Shown here in pieces: positions 1 to 7,987 of a stretch of 56,920 nucleotides of DNA; within the stretch, counting starts at the first letter, position 1, and each line of letters starts with the position of its first letter. The stretch covers positions 1 to 56,920 of the IMG/VR virus record IMGVR_UViG_3300045125_000053. One strand, written 5' to 3'. Under the pieces are notes generated by a model. That model saw nothing but the letters and a program-made list of their open reading frames with translations, had not been told where the DNA came from and made no database searches. Position numbers and translations under genes: made by a program. The stretch is from a virus. Its lineage: Duplodnaviria; Caudoviricetes.

Positions 1-165
1 ACATTATCCGAAATATCTGTGTCAATTAAACATCTTGAAAAATCAGTTGATAGCGTCAAGTCAAAGTAGATGATCTTGTAAATGGAAGCACATGATTATT
101 GGCGGAGCTATAACCATTGGATTTTTAATGGGTGGAGCATTAGCCATCTATAAAGCACTTCATTA
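1..165 (+). CDS. 3' part of a small membrane protein whose 5' part is at the window end (56809-56920); broken by indels
   Basis: Manual translation TLSEISVSIKHLEKSVDSVKS/KVDDLV/KWKHMIIGGAITIGFLMGGALAIYKALH*; coiled-coil-like stretch then one hydrophobic helix. Confidence 0.55.
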
Positions 166-189
166 ACATCTATTAACCCATCAGACTTG

Positions 190-243
190 CCCTATAGCGG
201 GGTTTTTTAAGTACCCATCAACCGCTTAATTGCGGTTTTTTTA
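190..243 (+). terminator. Two tandem intrinsic terminators ending the cI-side transcript
   Basis: GCCCTATAGCGGGG-TTTTTT and AACCGCTTAATTGCGGTT-TTTTT hairpins followed by T tracts. Confidence 0.7.
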
Positions 244-262
244 TTGCCGCGCGAAAAAAATA

Positions 263-304
263 ATTACTTTTTGTTGTTGACAAAAATACAACTTAAGTTA
301 TAAT
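263..304 (+). promoter_or_regulatory. PL-like sigma70 promoter with overlapping repressor operators (OL)
   Basis: TTGACA (277-282), 16 bp, TATAAT (299-304); ACAACTTAAGTTAT (288-301) and ATTACTTTTTGTTGT (263-277) match the operator motif between cro and cI. Confidence 0.85.
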
Positions 305-339
305 TTTTTCAAGTTGAAAGCAAAACGATTTAAAGCTGA

Positions 340-855
340 TGCGCCAACCTACCCCGGTTAACGTTGGGGATTTTTAAATAATCCTGCCTGACCCCATAGG
401 TCGGGAGTCGCAACCAGGGTTATTTAAAAAGTGCTTCGATCACTGCCTAGCGGGGGTTGGGGCCATTATCACATAAAAAAGGCTTTCGGTTGCGAAACCC
501 TGAAAAAGCAAACTTGGTCCGGTTAGCTGGAGAGTCTTTTATTGATGGCTATCAAAAATACCATTTTCTGTGAGGGGATTCTAGGCGCTTGGATAACCAA
601 CAAGCAGTGAGTTACAGCCGTATGAGGCAAGTCAAAGCCAAAAGTACGGTGCGCGAGAATCCGAAAGGTAAAGGCTAGTGACGTTGCCTATAGGATAGGA
701 AAAGAGATGGTATTTTTGATGGTGTTCAGCGGGTGTCCTCAAGCACCCAAAAAGGCTTGAGTCAGTCATTCAAAACAAAAAAACTTGGTGAAATTTAACT
801 TGATAGTTTCCAGCCAAGTCCCGTTTTGGAGTTGGAAAGTTAGCACCATCAGCCA
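340..855 (+). ncRNA. Long structured non-coding leader of the early operon
   Basis: No ORF >=60 aa; stems 371-386/415-430, ~550-568/~703-720 and ~717-726/~842-851, each enclosing internal hairpins. Confidence 0.5.
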
Positions 856-877
856 ACAATAATTTTAGGGGGATTTA

Positions 878-1177
878 TGAGTCACCAATTCGATACGGTT
901 ATCGTCGTGAACGATACCGAAATACCAGTCAACGTAGAGTTTGACTACCAACTCAGAAGAAGCACCTGGATATTTCTATCCAGGTGCTAAGGCATCTGTA
1001 GAAATAAATTCAGTAAAGATTGGGGATAGTGAAATTCCTGACTACATAACGGTTTGCTTCACAAAAGATTTAGAAATTGATGCTTTGGAATATCTTGAAA
1101 GAATCAATGAAGGTTATGCAGATTATCTGTATGACGCATCACGGAGAAAAACGCTACGCATAGTTTTTCATACTTAG
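878..1177 (+). CDS. Hypothetical acidic phage protein (indel near 950)
   Basis: RBS AGGGGG then ATG 878 (MSHQFDTVIVVNDTEIPVNVEFDY), continuing into ORF 941-1177. Confidence 0.55.
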
Positions 1178-1510
1178 ATATCCCGTTAGGTCAGGAGTGG
1201 GGATATCTAGCACCAACGTTGTCAATTAAACCCTGATCAGCGGCAGCCCCAAGAGCGCCTCAATCGGTTTTTCGGAATTAGCCGATTCAGCTCAGGTTTT
1301 TATACATTTCCTGAGCGATGCTTAGGAGTGATGCCGCAACTATTAATTTAACCGGAGATAACTCATGAAACACAATCCAAGAATTTGAACGGACTATTTT
1401 GGCAGCCAGGGGTATTGTTCCAGTATCAAAAAAGAACAAAAGATTGTCAAAGCCAACAGAAAGATTCTATCAAGATTAAACATCGGCTACTCGAGGCCAT
1501 GCGGATTTCA

Positions 1511-1749
1511 ATGATTTTCCAAACACCACCGATTTAGTGCTGTACGTCTTTAGTGCGGCAGGTTTTGGGCTGGCTGTTGGGGCTGTTTACGCTTTTATTG
1601 AGTTTTATATCATGAAAGCGTATCAGCAAGATCATAGCTATGGCGCTAGGTGAAAGAGACTGCGCTATCGGAAAAGTCCAAAGCTTAAAAACGCCCACTA
1701 CCTTGCTGGGTATGGGCGTCAATTTCATAGAGAGCAATCAATCTCTAAT
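1511..1749 (+). CDS. Small membrane protein, broken by indels
   Basis: Manual translation ...LVLYVFSAAGFGLAVGAVYAFIEFYIMKAYQQDHSYG...YLAGYGRQFHREQ. Confidence 0.4.
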
Positions 1750-1787
1750 AAAACAATAACAGAATTATTTTAACAGAGGATTAGCAA

Positions 1788-2550
1788 ATGTCCACAGCAT
1801 TAGCAAAATTAACAAGTTCAATGGCTTCAAAGCTTAACATTGAAGCGCTCTGCACAAGAATTAATGCAAACCTTAAAGGCGACTGCTTTTAAAGGCTCTG
1901 TATCAGATGCCCAAATGACAGCACTGATGCTGGTTGCACAACAGTACGGTTTAAACCCCTTCACCAAGGAAATATACGCTTTTCCTGACAAACAAAACGG
2001 CATAGTTCCTGTCGTTGGTGTAGACGGTTGGGCGCACATTATCAACGACCATCCTCAATTCGATGGTATGGACTTTGGGCAAGATGATGAGTCATGCACT
2101 TGTTCTATCTATCGCAAAGACCGTTCAAGACCAATAACTATTACCGAATACGCAAGCGAATGTAAGCGTAATTCTGGGCCTTGGCAATCACACCCCAAAA
2201 GAATGCTGCGCCACAAGGCAATGATTCAATGCGCTAGATTGGCTTTTGGTTATTCAGGAATTTATGACCCTGACGAGGCTGAGTCATTTATTGAAAAGAC
2301 TACTCCAATACGAAGTTAAAAGCGTCACAGACAAACAAGGCGATGCCTACCAGGAATATGAGGACGAAGCTTTGCCAAGGCTTGTTGATGCAGCTAACAC
2401 CAGCACAACAGCTTTAACAGATGCTTTCAAAGCAATTCAGACTTGCGACCACAAAAAACATTATGGACTAAGCACTCAGCAATGCTTAAACAATTAGCCG
2501 CTGACGCTGATTCAAATGTAATCGAGAGCGACCAAAATGCAGCAGCGTAG
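1788..2550 (+). CDS. bet: Phage recombination protein Bet (lambda Red-beta single-strand annealing protein), with indels
   Basis: MSTALAKL..., TLKATAFKG, QYGLNPFTKEIYAFPDKQNGIVPVVGVDGW and PWQSHPKRMLRHKAMIQCARLAFG closely match lambda Bet motifs. Confidence 0.93.
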
Positions 2551-3148
2551 CCCTGAATGGTATGCGGCTAGAGTCGGTAAATTAACAGCGTCACGCATGA
2601 ATGACGCTGTTGATGTACTCAAAAAAGGCGGCGAATCTCAGGCTCGTATTAATTACCGGCTTGAATTAGCTACCGAGAGACTAACCGGGGTACTTATCGA
2701 AAAATACACTAACAGCGCAATGCAGTGGGGCATTGATAATGAACCTAAAGCTAGAGAAGAATTCGAGCTTTTTAACGGGTGAATTTGTAACTGAGGTTGG
2801 TTTTTATGACCACCCAGTAATAAACGGTACTGGCGCTAGTCCTGATGGATTAGTAGGTGTTAACGGTCTTATTGAAATCAAATGCCCAACGTCACAGACT
2901 CATCTGCAATGGGTTTTAGATAATAAAGTTCCAGAAAAGCATGTTAATCAAATGCTTTGGCAAATGGCTTGTACTGGGCGTAAGTATTGCCATTTTGTTT
3001 CATTTGATCCACGAATGCCGCCTGAGCTTCAACTATTTCACAAAGTATTTGAGCCGAAAGACTCGGAAATACCAGATTTAGAACAAAGAGCAATCGACTT
3101 TTTATCCAACCGTTGATGAATTGATTGCAAACATTTATAGCAACATAA
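2537..3148 (+). CDS. exo: YqaJ/lambda-exonuclease family protein, with indels
   Basis: QRSPEWYAARVGKLTAS, AMQWGIDNEP, GASPDGLV, IEIKCP, QMLWQMACTGR; lies next to bet. Confidence 0.92.
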
Positions 3149-3160
3149 AAGGTTAAAACA

Positions 3161-3568
3161 ATGAGCAATGTATTTAGTTGTATAGGTAATGTCGGGCGTG
3201 ATGCTGGAAGTTAAAGCATTACTAAGTGGGCAGTCAGTTTTAAATGTCACTATCGGCACATCGACAGGTTTTGGAGATAAACAAAAACGATTTGGGTGCG
3301 CGTAGCAGTTTGGGGAAAAAGAGCAGAAGGCCAGCTTGTTAATTACTTGAAAAAAGGTCAGCAGGTTTTTGTCTCTGGTGAATTATCGCAGCAGGAATAT
3401 CAAGGCAGCGATGGCAGCACCAAAACGGCTTTAGAGCTTAATGCTTATGTTTTAGATTTAGTGGGCAAGCGTAGTGATAATCCACTGGCAGCGCAATCGA
3501 ATAACGCAGCATCAGCAGAGCAGAATGACAATTTTGCTGATTTTGGCGGCGATGAAATCCCTTTTTGA
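3161..3568 (+). CDS. ssb: Single-stranded DNA-binding protein, with indels
   Basis: IGNVGRDA, VAVWGKRAE, YLKKGQQVFVSGEL, acidic tail ending DEIPF. Confidence 0.92.
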
Positions 3569-3620
3569 TGTGATAGGATAAGACAAGACTCGACGACACA
3601 GAATTTCACAAGACACGACA
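3566..3620 (+). repeat. Pentamer-periodic array (11 units, N-GAY-N) upstream of the RAMP-like gene
   Basis: TGATG TGATA GGATA AGACA AGACT CGACG ACACA GAATT TCACA AGACA CGACA; central A invariant. Confidence 0.8.
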
Positions 3621-3645
3621 ACCTTAATAAAACAGGAAATCCACA

Positions 3646-4203
3646 ATGAAAACAGCAATAGTAAAAATAATAGGATTAAGCCCTTTAGCTCAAGGGAAAT
3701 TCGTACAAGCAGAAAAACTCCCCAAAGAATTGCACAAAGATTATGAAGCGAGAACATGGCGCGAAAAGATGCACTACGACAAAGACAATATTGTATTTAT
3801 TCCATGTTTTGCTCTTAAAAACTGCCTTGCTGAAGCAGCAAAATTTCTATCAATTCAAGTGCCAGGTAAAGGTAAAGCTACTTATACAAAGCATTTTGAA
3901 GCTGGAACTATGGTAGTGCAAAACATGAGTCTTGGAATTAATAAAGATGAGGTTAATCCACAAATAATGTTTGTACCATCTGACGGAGTTAGAGGCAGTA
4001 ATAAACGTGTGGAGAAATACTTTCCGGTAATGCCGGAATGGGGTGGTATTGCTGAATATATGATTTTAGATGAAACCATTACGGAAGATGTTTTCATCAA
4101 CCACTTGAAACAGGCTGGTCAATTTATCGGTTTGGGTTCGCTTAGACCCAGAAATAATGGTTTTTTTGGTAGGTTTGATGTGAAGTTGGTTAGTTTTAAA
4201 TGA
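3646..4203 (+). CDS. Stand-alone Cas7/RAMP-like putative RNA-binding protein
   Basis: N-terminal strand VKIIGLSPL, FIPCFALKNCLAEAA (compare RAMP xIPGSSLKGxLR) and C-terminal Gly loop GQFIGLGSLRPRNNGFFGRFDV; intact 185 aa with RBS AGGA. Confidence 0.75.
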   Translation: MKTAIVKIIGLSPLAQGKFVQAEKLPKELHKDYEARTWREKMHYDKDNIVFIPCFALKNCLAEAAKFLSIQVPGKGKATYTKHFEAGTMVVQNMSLGINKDEVNPQIMFVPSDGVRGSNKRVEKYFPVMPEWGGIAEYMILDETITEDVFINHLKQAGQFIGLGSLRPRNNGFFGRFDVKLVSFK

Positions 4204-4305
4204 CATGACCGGACTTGACTTAATGTGACTAGACAGGACATGACTAGAAATGACCGGACAAGATGGGATCAGACCACAAGCGACATTACTAGACTAAACA
4301 AGACA
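4201..4305 (+). repeat. Pentamer-periodic array (21 units, GAY-NN), candidate guide-like ncRNA
   Basis: TGACA TGACC GGACT TGACT TAATG TGACT AGACA GGACA TGACT AGAAA TGACC GGACA AGATG GGATC AGACC ACAAG CGACA TTACT AGACT AAACA AGACA, then a T-rich tract. Confidence 0.92.
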
Positions 4306-4336
4306 AGTTTTTATTTAATTGAATTGGATTAAAACA

Positions 4337-4819
4337 ATGAATAAGCCAATAGGTGCAACAAGTTTAGATGCAAAAGTATTATCAGAAAAATTGCTTGAAT
4401 TATCTGCTGGTGATTCGATTAGTTATTCAGATATTAATGAATTAATTGGTAGAGATATCCAAAAAAATAGACATATTTTAGCGACAGCCAGAACAATTGC
4501 TAGGCGTGAAAAAGGTTATTTATTTGACTGCATTAGTAATGTTGGCGTTAAAAGGTTATCTGATTCTGAAATAGTTGAAATAGAAAGTGTTAGGCCATTT
4601 TCAAGAATCAAAAGCGCAGTTAAAAAAGGTTTGCAAAATGTCCAATGCGCTAAAGATATTAGCAATACTGACCGGATTAAACAGAATGCAACTATTTCTA
4701 TGTTAGGCACTATCGCTTTATTCACGAAATCGAATGCTGGTGAGATAGTTAGACATAAAACAGAATTCGCTCCAATAGCAACGTCGAAAGTATTGGAATT
4801 GTTTAAACAATGTACTTAA
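4337..4819 (+). CDS. Hypothetical protein with a winged-helix-like N-terminus
   Basis: GDSISYSDINELIGRDIQKNRHILATARTIARREKGYLFDCISNVGVKRL fits a helix-helix-helix plus beta-wing pattern; ATG at 4337. Confidence 0.6.
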   Translation: MNKPIGATSLDAKVLSEKLLELSAGDSISYSDINELIGRDIQKNRHILATARTIARREKGYLFDCISNVGVKRLSDSEIVEIESVRPFSRIKSAVKKGLQNVQCAKDISNTDRIKQNATISMLGTIALFTKSNAGEIVRHKTEFAPIATSKVLELFKQCT

Positions 4820-5001
4820 TCCCCAACGCCCAAGTAGAACTAAGCAAAGCAATCGCCCAGGTTAAGAACCCTGGGCCAATGCTAACACCATCAACGCCTA
4901 TATGCGTTAAGTGCAAACAGCACAAACCCATATTAGGTTCAAAAAGATTTGTAAACAAACTTGGCAGACATAGATTTATCTGCAAGGAGTGTAAGCAATG
5001 A
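4810..5001 (+). CDS. Small zinc-ribbon protein
   Basis: CVKC...CKEC; overlaps neighbouring genes. Confidence 0.6.
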   Translation: MYLIPNAQVELSKAIAQVKNPGPMLTPSTPICVKCKQHKPILGSKRFVNKLGRHRFICKECKQ

Positions 5002-5192
5002 AATTTAAAGTAGGCGATAGAGCAATGAAATTTGGTGGCGATTACTCACTAACTGGGGTGATTGTTGCTGCTTTTATTAAAACTTCAGGCGTTGAAAGAT
5101 ATGTGCTAGAGGCTGATGTACCAAAAGGTTTACTTCACATCTATAGCGAAAACAATTTGCAGGAATTGCCCGATGATTACAAAACAATGTGA
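4998..5192 (+). CDS. Hypothetical protein (SH3/KOW-like)
   Basis: MKFKVGDRA...GVIVAAF...RYVLE; ATGA overlap. Confidence 0.6.
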   Translation: MKFKVGDRAMKFGGDYSLTGVIVAAFIKTSGVERYVLEADVPKGLLHIYSENNLQELPDDYKTM

Positions 5193-5472
5193 ATGCTGTG
5201 GCAACACATTTGAAAAAACTAAATTTATCTCATCAAACAAATGGGAAAAAAGACGTTTTTGCAGCAGGGATTGTTTGGCTAAATCAATGGTTAAGTTCGT
5301 TATTGAGCAGAAAGTTAAAGTTTGCGAGCATTGCGGCATTGAATTTACACAAAAAGAAACTGAGCATAACAGTGCCTTTGTGATTCGTAAATTCTGCTCT
5401 CGGAAATGCACATGCGCTAGCCATAAGCTGCAAATTAAGGGAGTTCCAAAAACATCAACAAAGAAAAGGTAA
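5173..5472 (+). CDS. Protein with two tandem CxxC...FCSxxC zinc fingers
   Basis: CECCGNTF...RRFCSRDC and CEHCGIEF...RKFCSRKC. Confidence 0.7.
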   Translation: MITKQCECCGNTFEKTKFISSNKWEKRRFCSRDCLAKSMVKFVIEQKVKVCEHCGIEFTQKETEHNSAFVIRKFCSRKCTCASHKLQIKGVPKTSTKKR

Positions 5473-5638
5473 TTCTGAGTTTTTTATCAAATCAAGACGT
5501 GCCTATACCCGTTGAAAAAATAAAGGCTAAGGTTAGATTCCTGGATGTTTGCGAAACATTAGCTCAATTAACCAATAAAAAGCTGTTAAGTTTTCGTGAT
5601 GGGCTATATGAGATTACAGATGATGGGGATGATTTCCT

Positions 5639-5863
5639 ATGTACATAATGCAAATCCTTCAATGGTTTTCTGAGCCGCACACTTATCGAGAAATGATTGA
5701 AAAATTTGGTGAAGAAAAGCATTGGGTAATGCAAACACTTAAGCGCCAAGGAGCAATAGCGATAGCAGGATTAGTGCGTGGGCATGACCGGATGGTGTAT
5801 TGCTACAAAGCAACTGGTGTTCAATACGTTAACCAAAAGACTAGGAAATTTTATGGCATATAA
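5639..5863 (+). CDS. Small hypothetical protein (possible winged helix)
   Basis: ORF track; operon context. Confidence 0.5.
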   Translation: MYIMQILQWFSEPHTYREMIEKFGEEKHWVMQTLKRQGAIAIAGLVRGHDRMVYCYKATGVQYVNQKTRKFYGI

Positions 5864-5903
5864 ATACGCAGAAGTACTCGAAGCGATGGCAGGGAGATTG
5901 TAA

Positions 5904-6077
5904 GTGAGCCATAAATACAGCATTGAGATATTGCATCACTTCAATTGTGAGCGATGTAATCGCTGGTGGTCTATAGGTGATTTTGAATTATCAGCATCAG
6001 ATCAAATGATTTCATGCCCACATTGTAGGCAGTATTCATATCTTGAAAAGGCTGAACCGTTAAAGGAGTGTAAATAA
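5904..6077 (+). CDS. Small zinc-ribbon protein (57 aa, not in ORF track)
   Basis: GGGAG RBS then GTG: MSHKYSIEILHHFNCERCNRWWSIGD...SCPHCRQ. Confidence 0.6.
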   Translation: MSHKYSIEILHHFNCERCNRWWSIGDFELSASDQMISCPHCRQYSYLEKAEPLKECK

Positions 6078-6268
6078 TGACTCATGTCACAGAAAACATA
6101 ATTATTTCAATAATACTATTATTAAATGGATGTCAGTTTATATCATTACTCAACCTCGATTTAGACTGGGATGCATGTAGCACATACAGGTCTAAGAGGT
6201 GGCTGATATTGCTATCTGAGTTGGTAATTGTATGTGGGCTTTTGATATTGTCGGGAGTGTTGAAATGA
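6077..6268 (+). CDS. Small two-TM membrane protein
   Basis: Two hydrophobic segments; AAGGAG RBS; TAATG overlap. Confidence 0.55.
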   Translation: MTHVTENIIISIILLLNGCQFISLLNLDLDWDACSTYRSKRWLILLSELVIVCGLLILSGVLK

Positions 6269-6584
6269 CGTTTGAAGAATGGTACAAAAAAACATTTGAG
6301 GCTGATTATTATGCAGCCCACCAAACGTATGCAGCATATTTGAAAGATGCTTGGAATGCAGCAAAACCGCAATGGCAACCAATCGAATCAGCACCAAAAG
6401 ATGGTACGGAAATTATTCTATGTGCTTTAGATTCTGTATTTGTTGGAGTGTGGATAGGAAAAGAAAATTATAGAGGCGAAATAGGTGGCATGACGTAGCA
6501 GACAGTTTTGAGTTGTGGTATAGCGAGAGGCCAGTCACCCCTACTCACTGGATGCCGCTACCGGAGCCGCCAAAGGATGACTAA
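6265..6584 (+). CDS. DUF551-family protein, with an indel
   Basis: WQPIESAPKDGTEIIL...PTHWMPLPEPP signature. Confidence 0.8.
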
Positions 6585-6782
6585 ATTATCCTGGAGTGAC
6601 CTAACTTCTCGATCCAATTAATTTATGGAATGCGCCGAATATGCAACAACATAAACGAAAACGCGACAACATACGCGGCATCACCGGACAGGCCGCACTA
6701 GATTACATGTCTAAGCTCAGAGCAATTGATAAGATGAAGCCGGTTGAAATTACTGTGGCTGATTATTCGTGGAAATAAGATT

Positions 6783-6902
6783 ATGAACACATTTTTCGCA
6801 CTAATGGCAGAACACGGTGCTGCCCATATCCCATTAACCACCGTAGCAAAAAAATATTTTGGTTATGATGATAACGTGGCAAAAAATAAAGCGGCAAGAT
6901 GA
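6783..6902 (+). pseudogene. Truncated PrtN-family (excisionase-like) gene
   Basis: MNTFFALMAEHGAAHIPLTTVAKKYFG resembles the PrtN N-terminus but stops after 39 aa. Confidence 0.6.
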
Positions 6903-7117
6903 CAATAGCACTCAAGCGCCACCATAGGCAAAGACTGAAAAATAACAGGAGCTTTCATTTTGGGAGATATTTAAAGAAAATTGAAAATTCAATGGTGGTT
7001 AATACACCAACGCCATGTTCTTGTTGGATGTGTGGAAATGAACGCCGATATTTTAAAAAACTAACAATGCAAGAATTGAAATCGTTGGATTATTTCAAAG
7101 TAGAAATGAAATTTTAA
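6899..7117 (+). CDS. Hypothetical basic protein with a Cys motif
   Basis: RHHRQRLK...TPTPCSCWMCGNERR. Confidence 0.65.
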   Translation: MTIALKRHHRQRLKNNRSFHFGRYLKKIENSMVVNTPTPCSCWMCGNERRYFKKLTMQELKSLDYFKVEMKF

Positions 7118-7129
7118 CAGGGGAATAAC

Positions 7130-7719
7130 ATGAAAAAATTAATGATAGTAGCAATACTAGTATTAACCGGCTGTACAGGTACAGAAGTTCGCGTCACACC
7201 AGAAGTTTCAAACAACATTTATAACCAACCATACGAAACGCTAGGAGTTCGACCCGTTACAGCAGATAAAACAATCAAAGAAGTTGGTGATATGAATAAC
7301 GATTTTGCAACAAGCCTAAGAACATCGGGTATTGCAAAGGAAATTTACTATCCATTGCGCCTAGCTGATAATCCAGAAGTAACGCTAGATACAAAATTTG
7401 AATCAAGTCTTGATACGCATGGCGGAGCATTAGCATTTAAAGCGTTTTTTACCGGGCTATTAATGTTTCTACCTGAGCCGTTTTTCTGGTACGACTTTGA
7501 TTATTCTTTGACCGGAGAGGTATCAATATTCAAAGGAAAGACGCTGGTTAATCGAATTTCTAAAAAGCAGATGCATCTATTAGTATGAAGTGGCTTAGTC
7601 TTGGTGATGCACCAAAGCTACAAGACGAGGCGCTTGGAAAAGCTAAAAAATCATTATTCAATCAGATTATGAATGATGTTTATTTGAATGTAAAAAGGAT
7701 AAGTGATGTTATAATGTAA
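7130..7719 (+). CDS. Putative lipoprotein with an internal hydrophobic segment (indel near 7565)
   Basis: Signal peptide and lipobox MKKLMIVAILVLTG-C; second frame continues ...SISMKWLSLGDAPKLQDEALGKAKKSLFNQIM. Confidence 0.75.
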
Positions 7720-7759
7720 CTTGTGGTGTTCATCCTACCACTCACCTTAAAAAAGCATG

Positions 7760-7791
7760 AACCCCTTGGCTAGAAATAGTCAGGGGTTTTT
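7760..7791 (+). terminator. Intrinsic terminator
   Basis: AACCCCTTGGCTA-GAAA-TAGTCAGGGGTT then TTTT. Confidence 0.75.
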
Positions 7792-7921
7792 AGTTTGTAC
7801 CCTTCCGCGTTTTAAACGCGAATGGGTTAGCAACTATTAGGAAATCCAGAATAGCTACCTCTGTTTAATCACCAAAAAACACTTGGTTAAGATAGAAAGC
7901 ATAAATTAATAATTTTTATCA

Positions 7922-7955
7922 AATGCTTGCTATACAATAATGCAAGCATTATAAT
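7922..7955 (+). promoter_or_regulatory. Promoter with an overlapping inverted repeat ahead of the P63C gene
   Basis: TTGCTA, 17 bp, TATAAT; AATGCTTGC...GCAAGCATT inverted repeat. Confidence 0.7.
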
Positions 7956-7987
7956 TTAACTTTATTTAATGCTTACAAAGGTATCAA

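Noticed and set aside
566-695. Hammerhead ribozyme (CTGTGAG..stem..GAAA..CTA)
   Set aside because: The core lacks the A of CUGANGA and stem I does not form next to the putative cleavage site; an Infernal hit would be needed.
3566-4305. Calling the pentamer arrays a CRISPR array or a plain microsatellite
   Set aside because: There are no 25-40-nt repeats with unique spacers, and the units are not identical as in a slippage microsatellite; reported instead as a distinct array type.
4201-4305. A self-target for the NN string within this genome
   Set aside because: Only short chance-level matches were seen by eye (e.g. GCATTATAA near 7946); an exhaustive gapped search could not be run.
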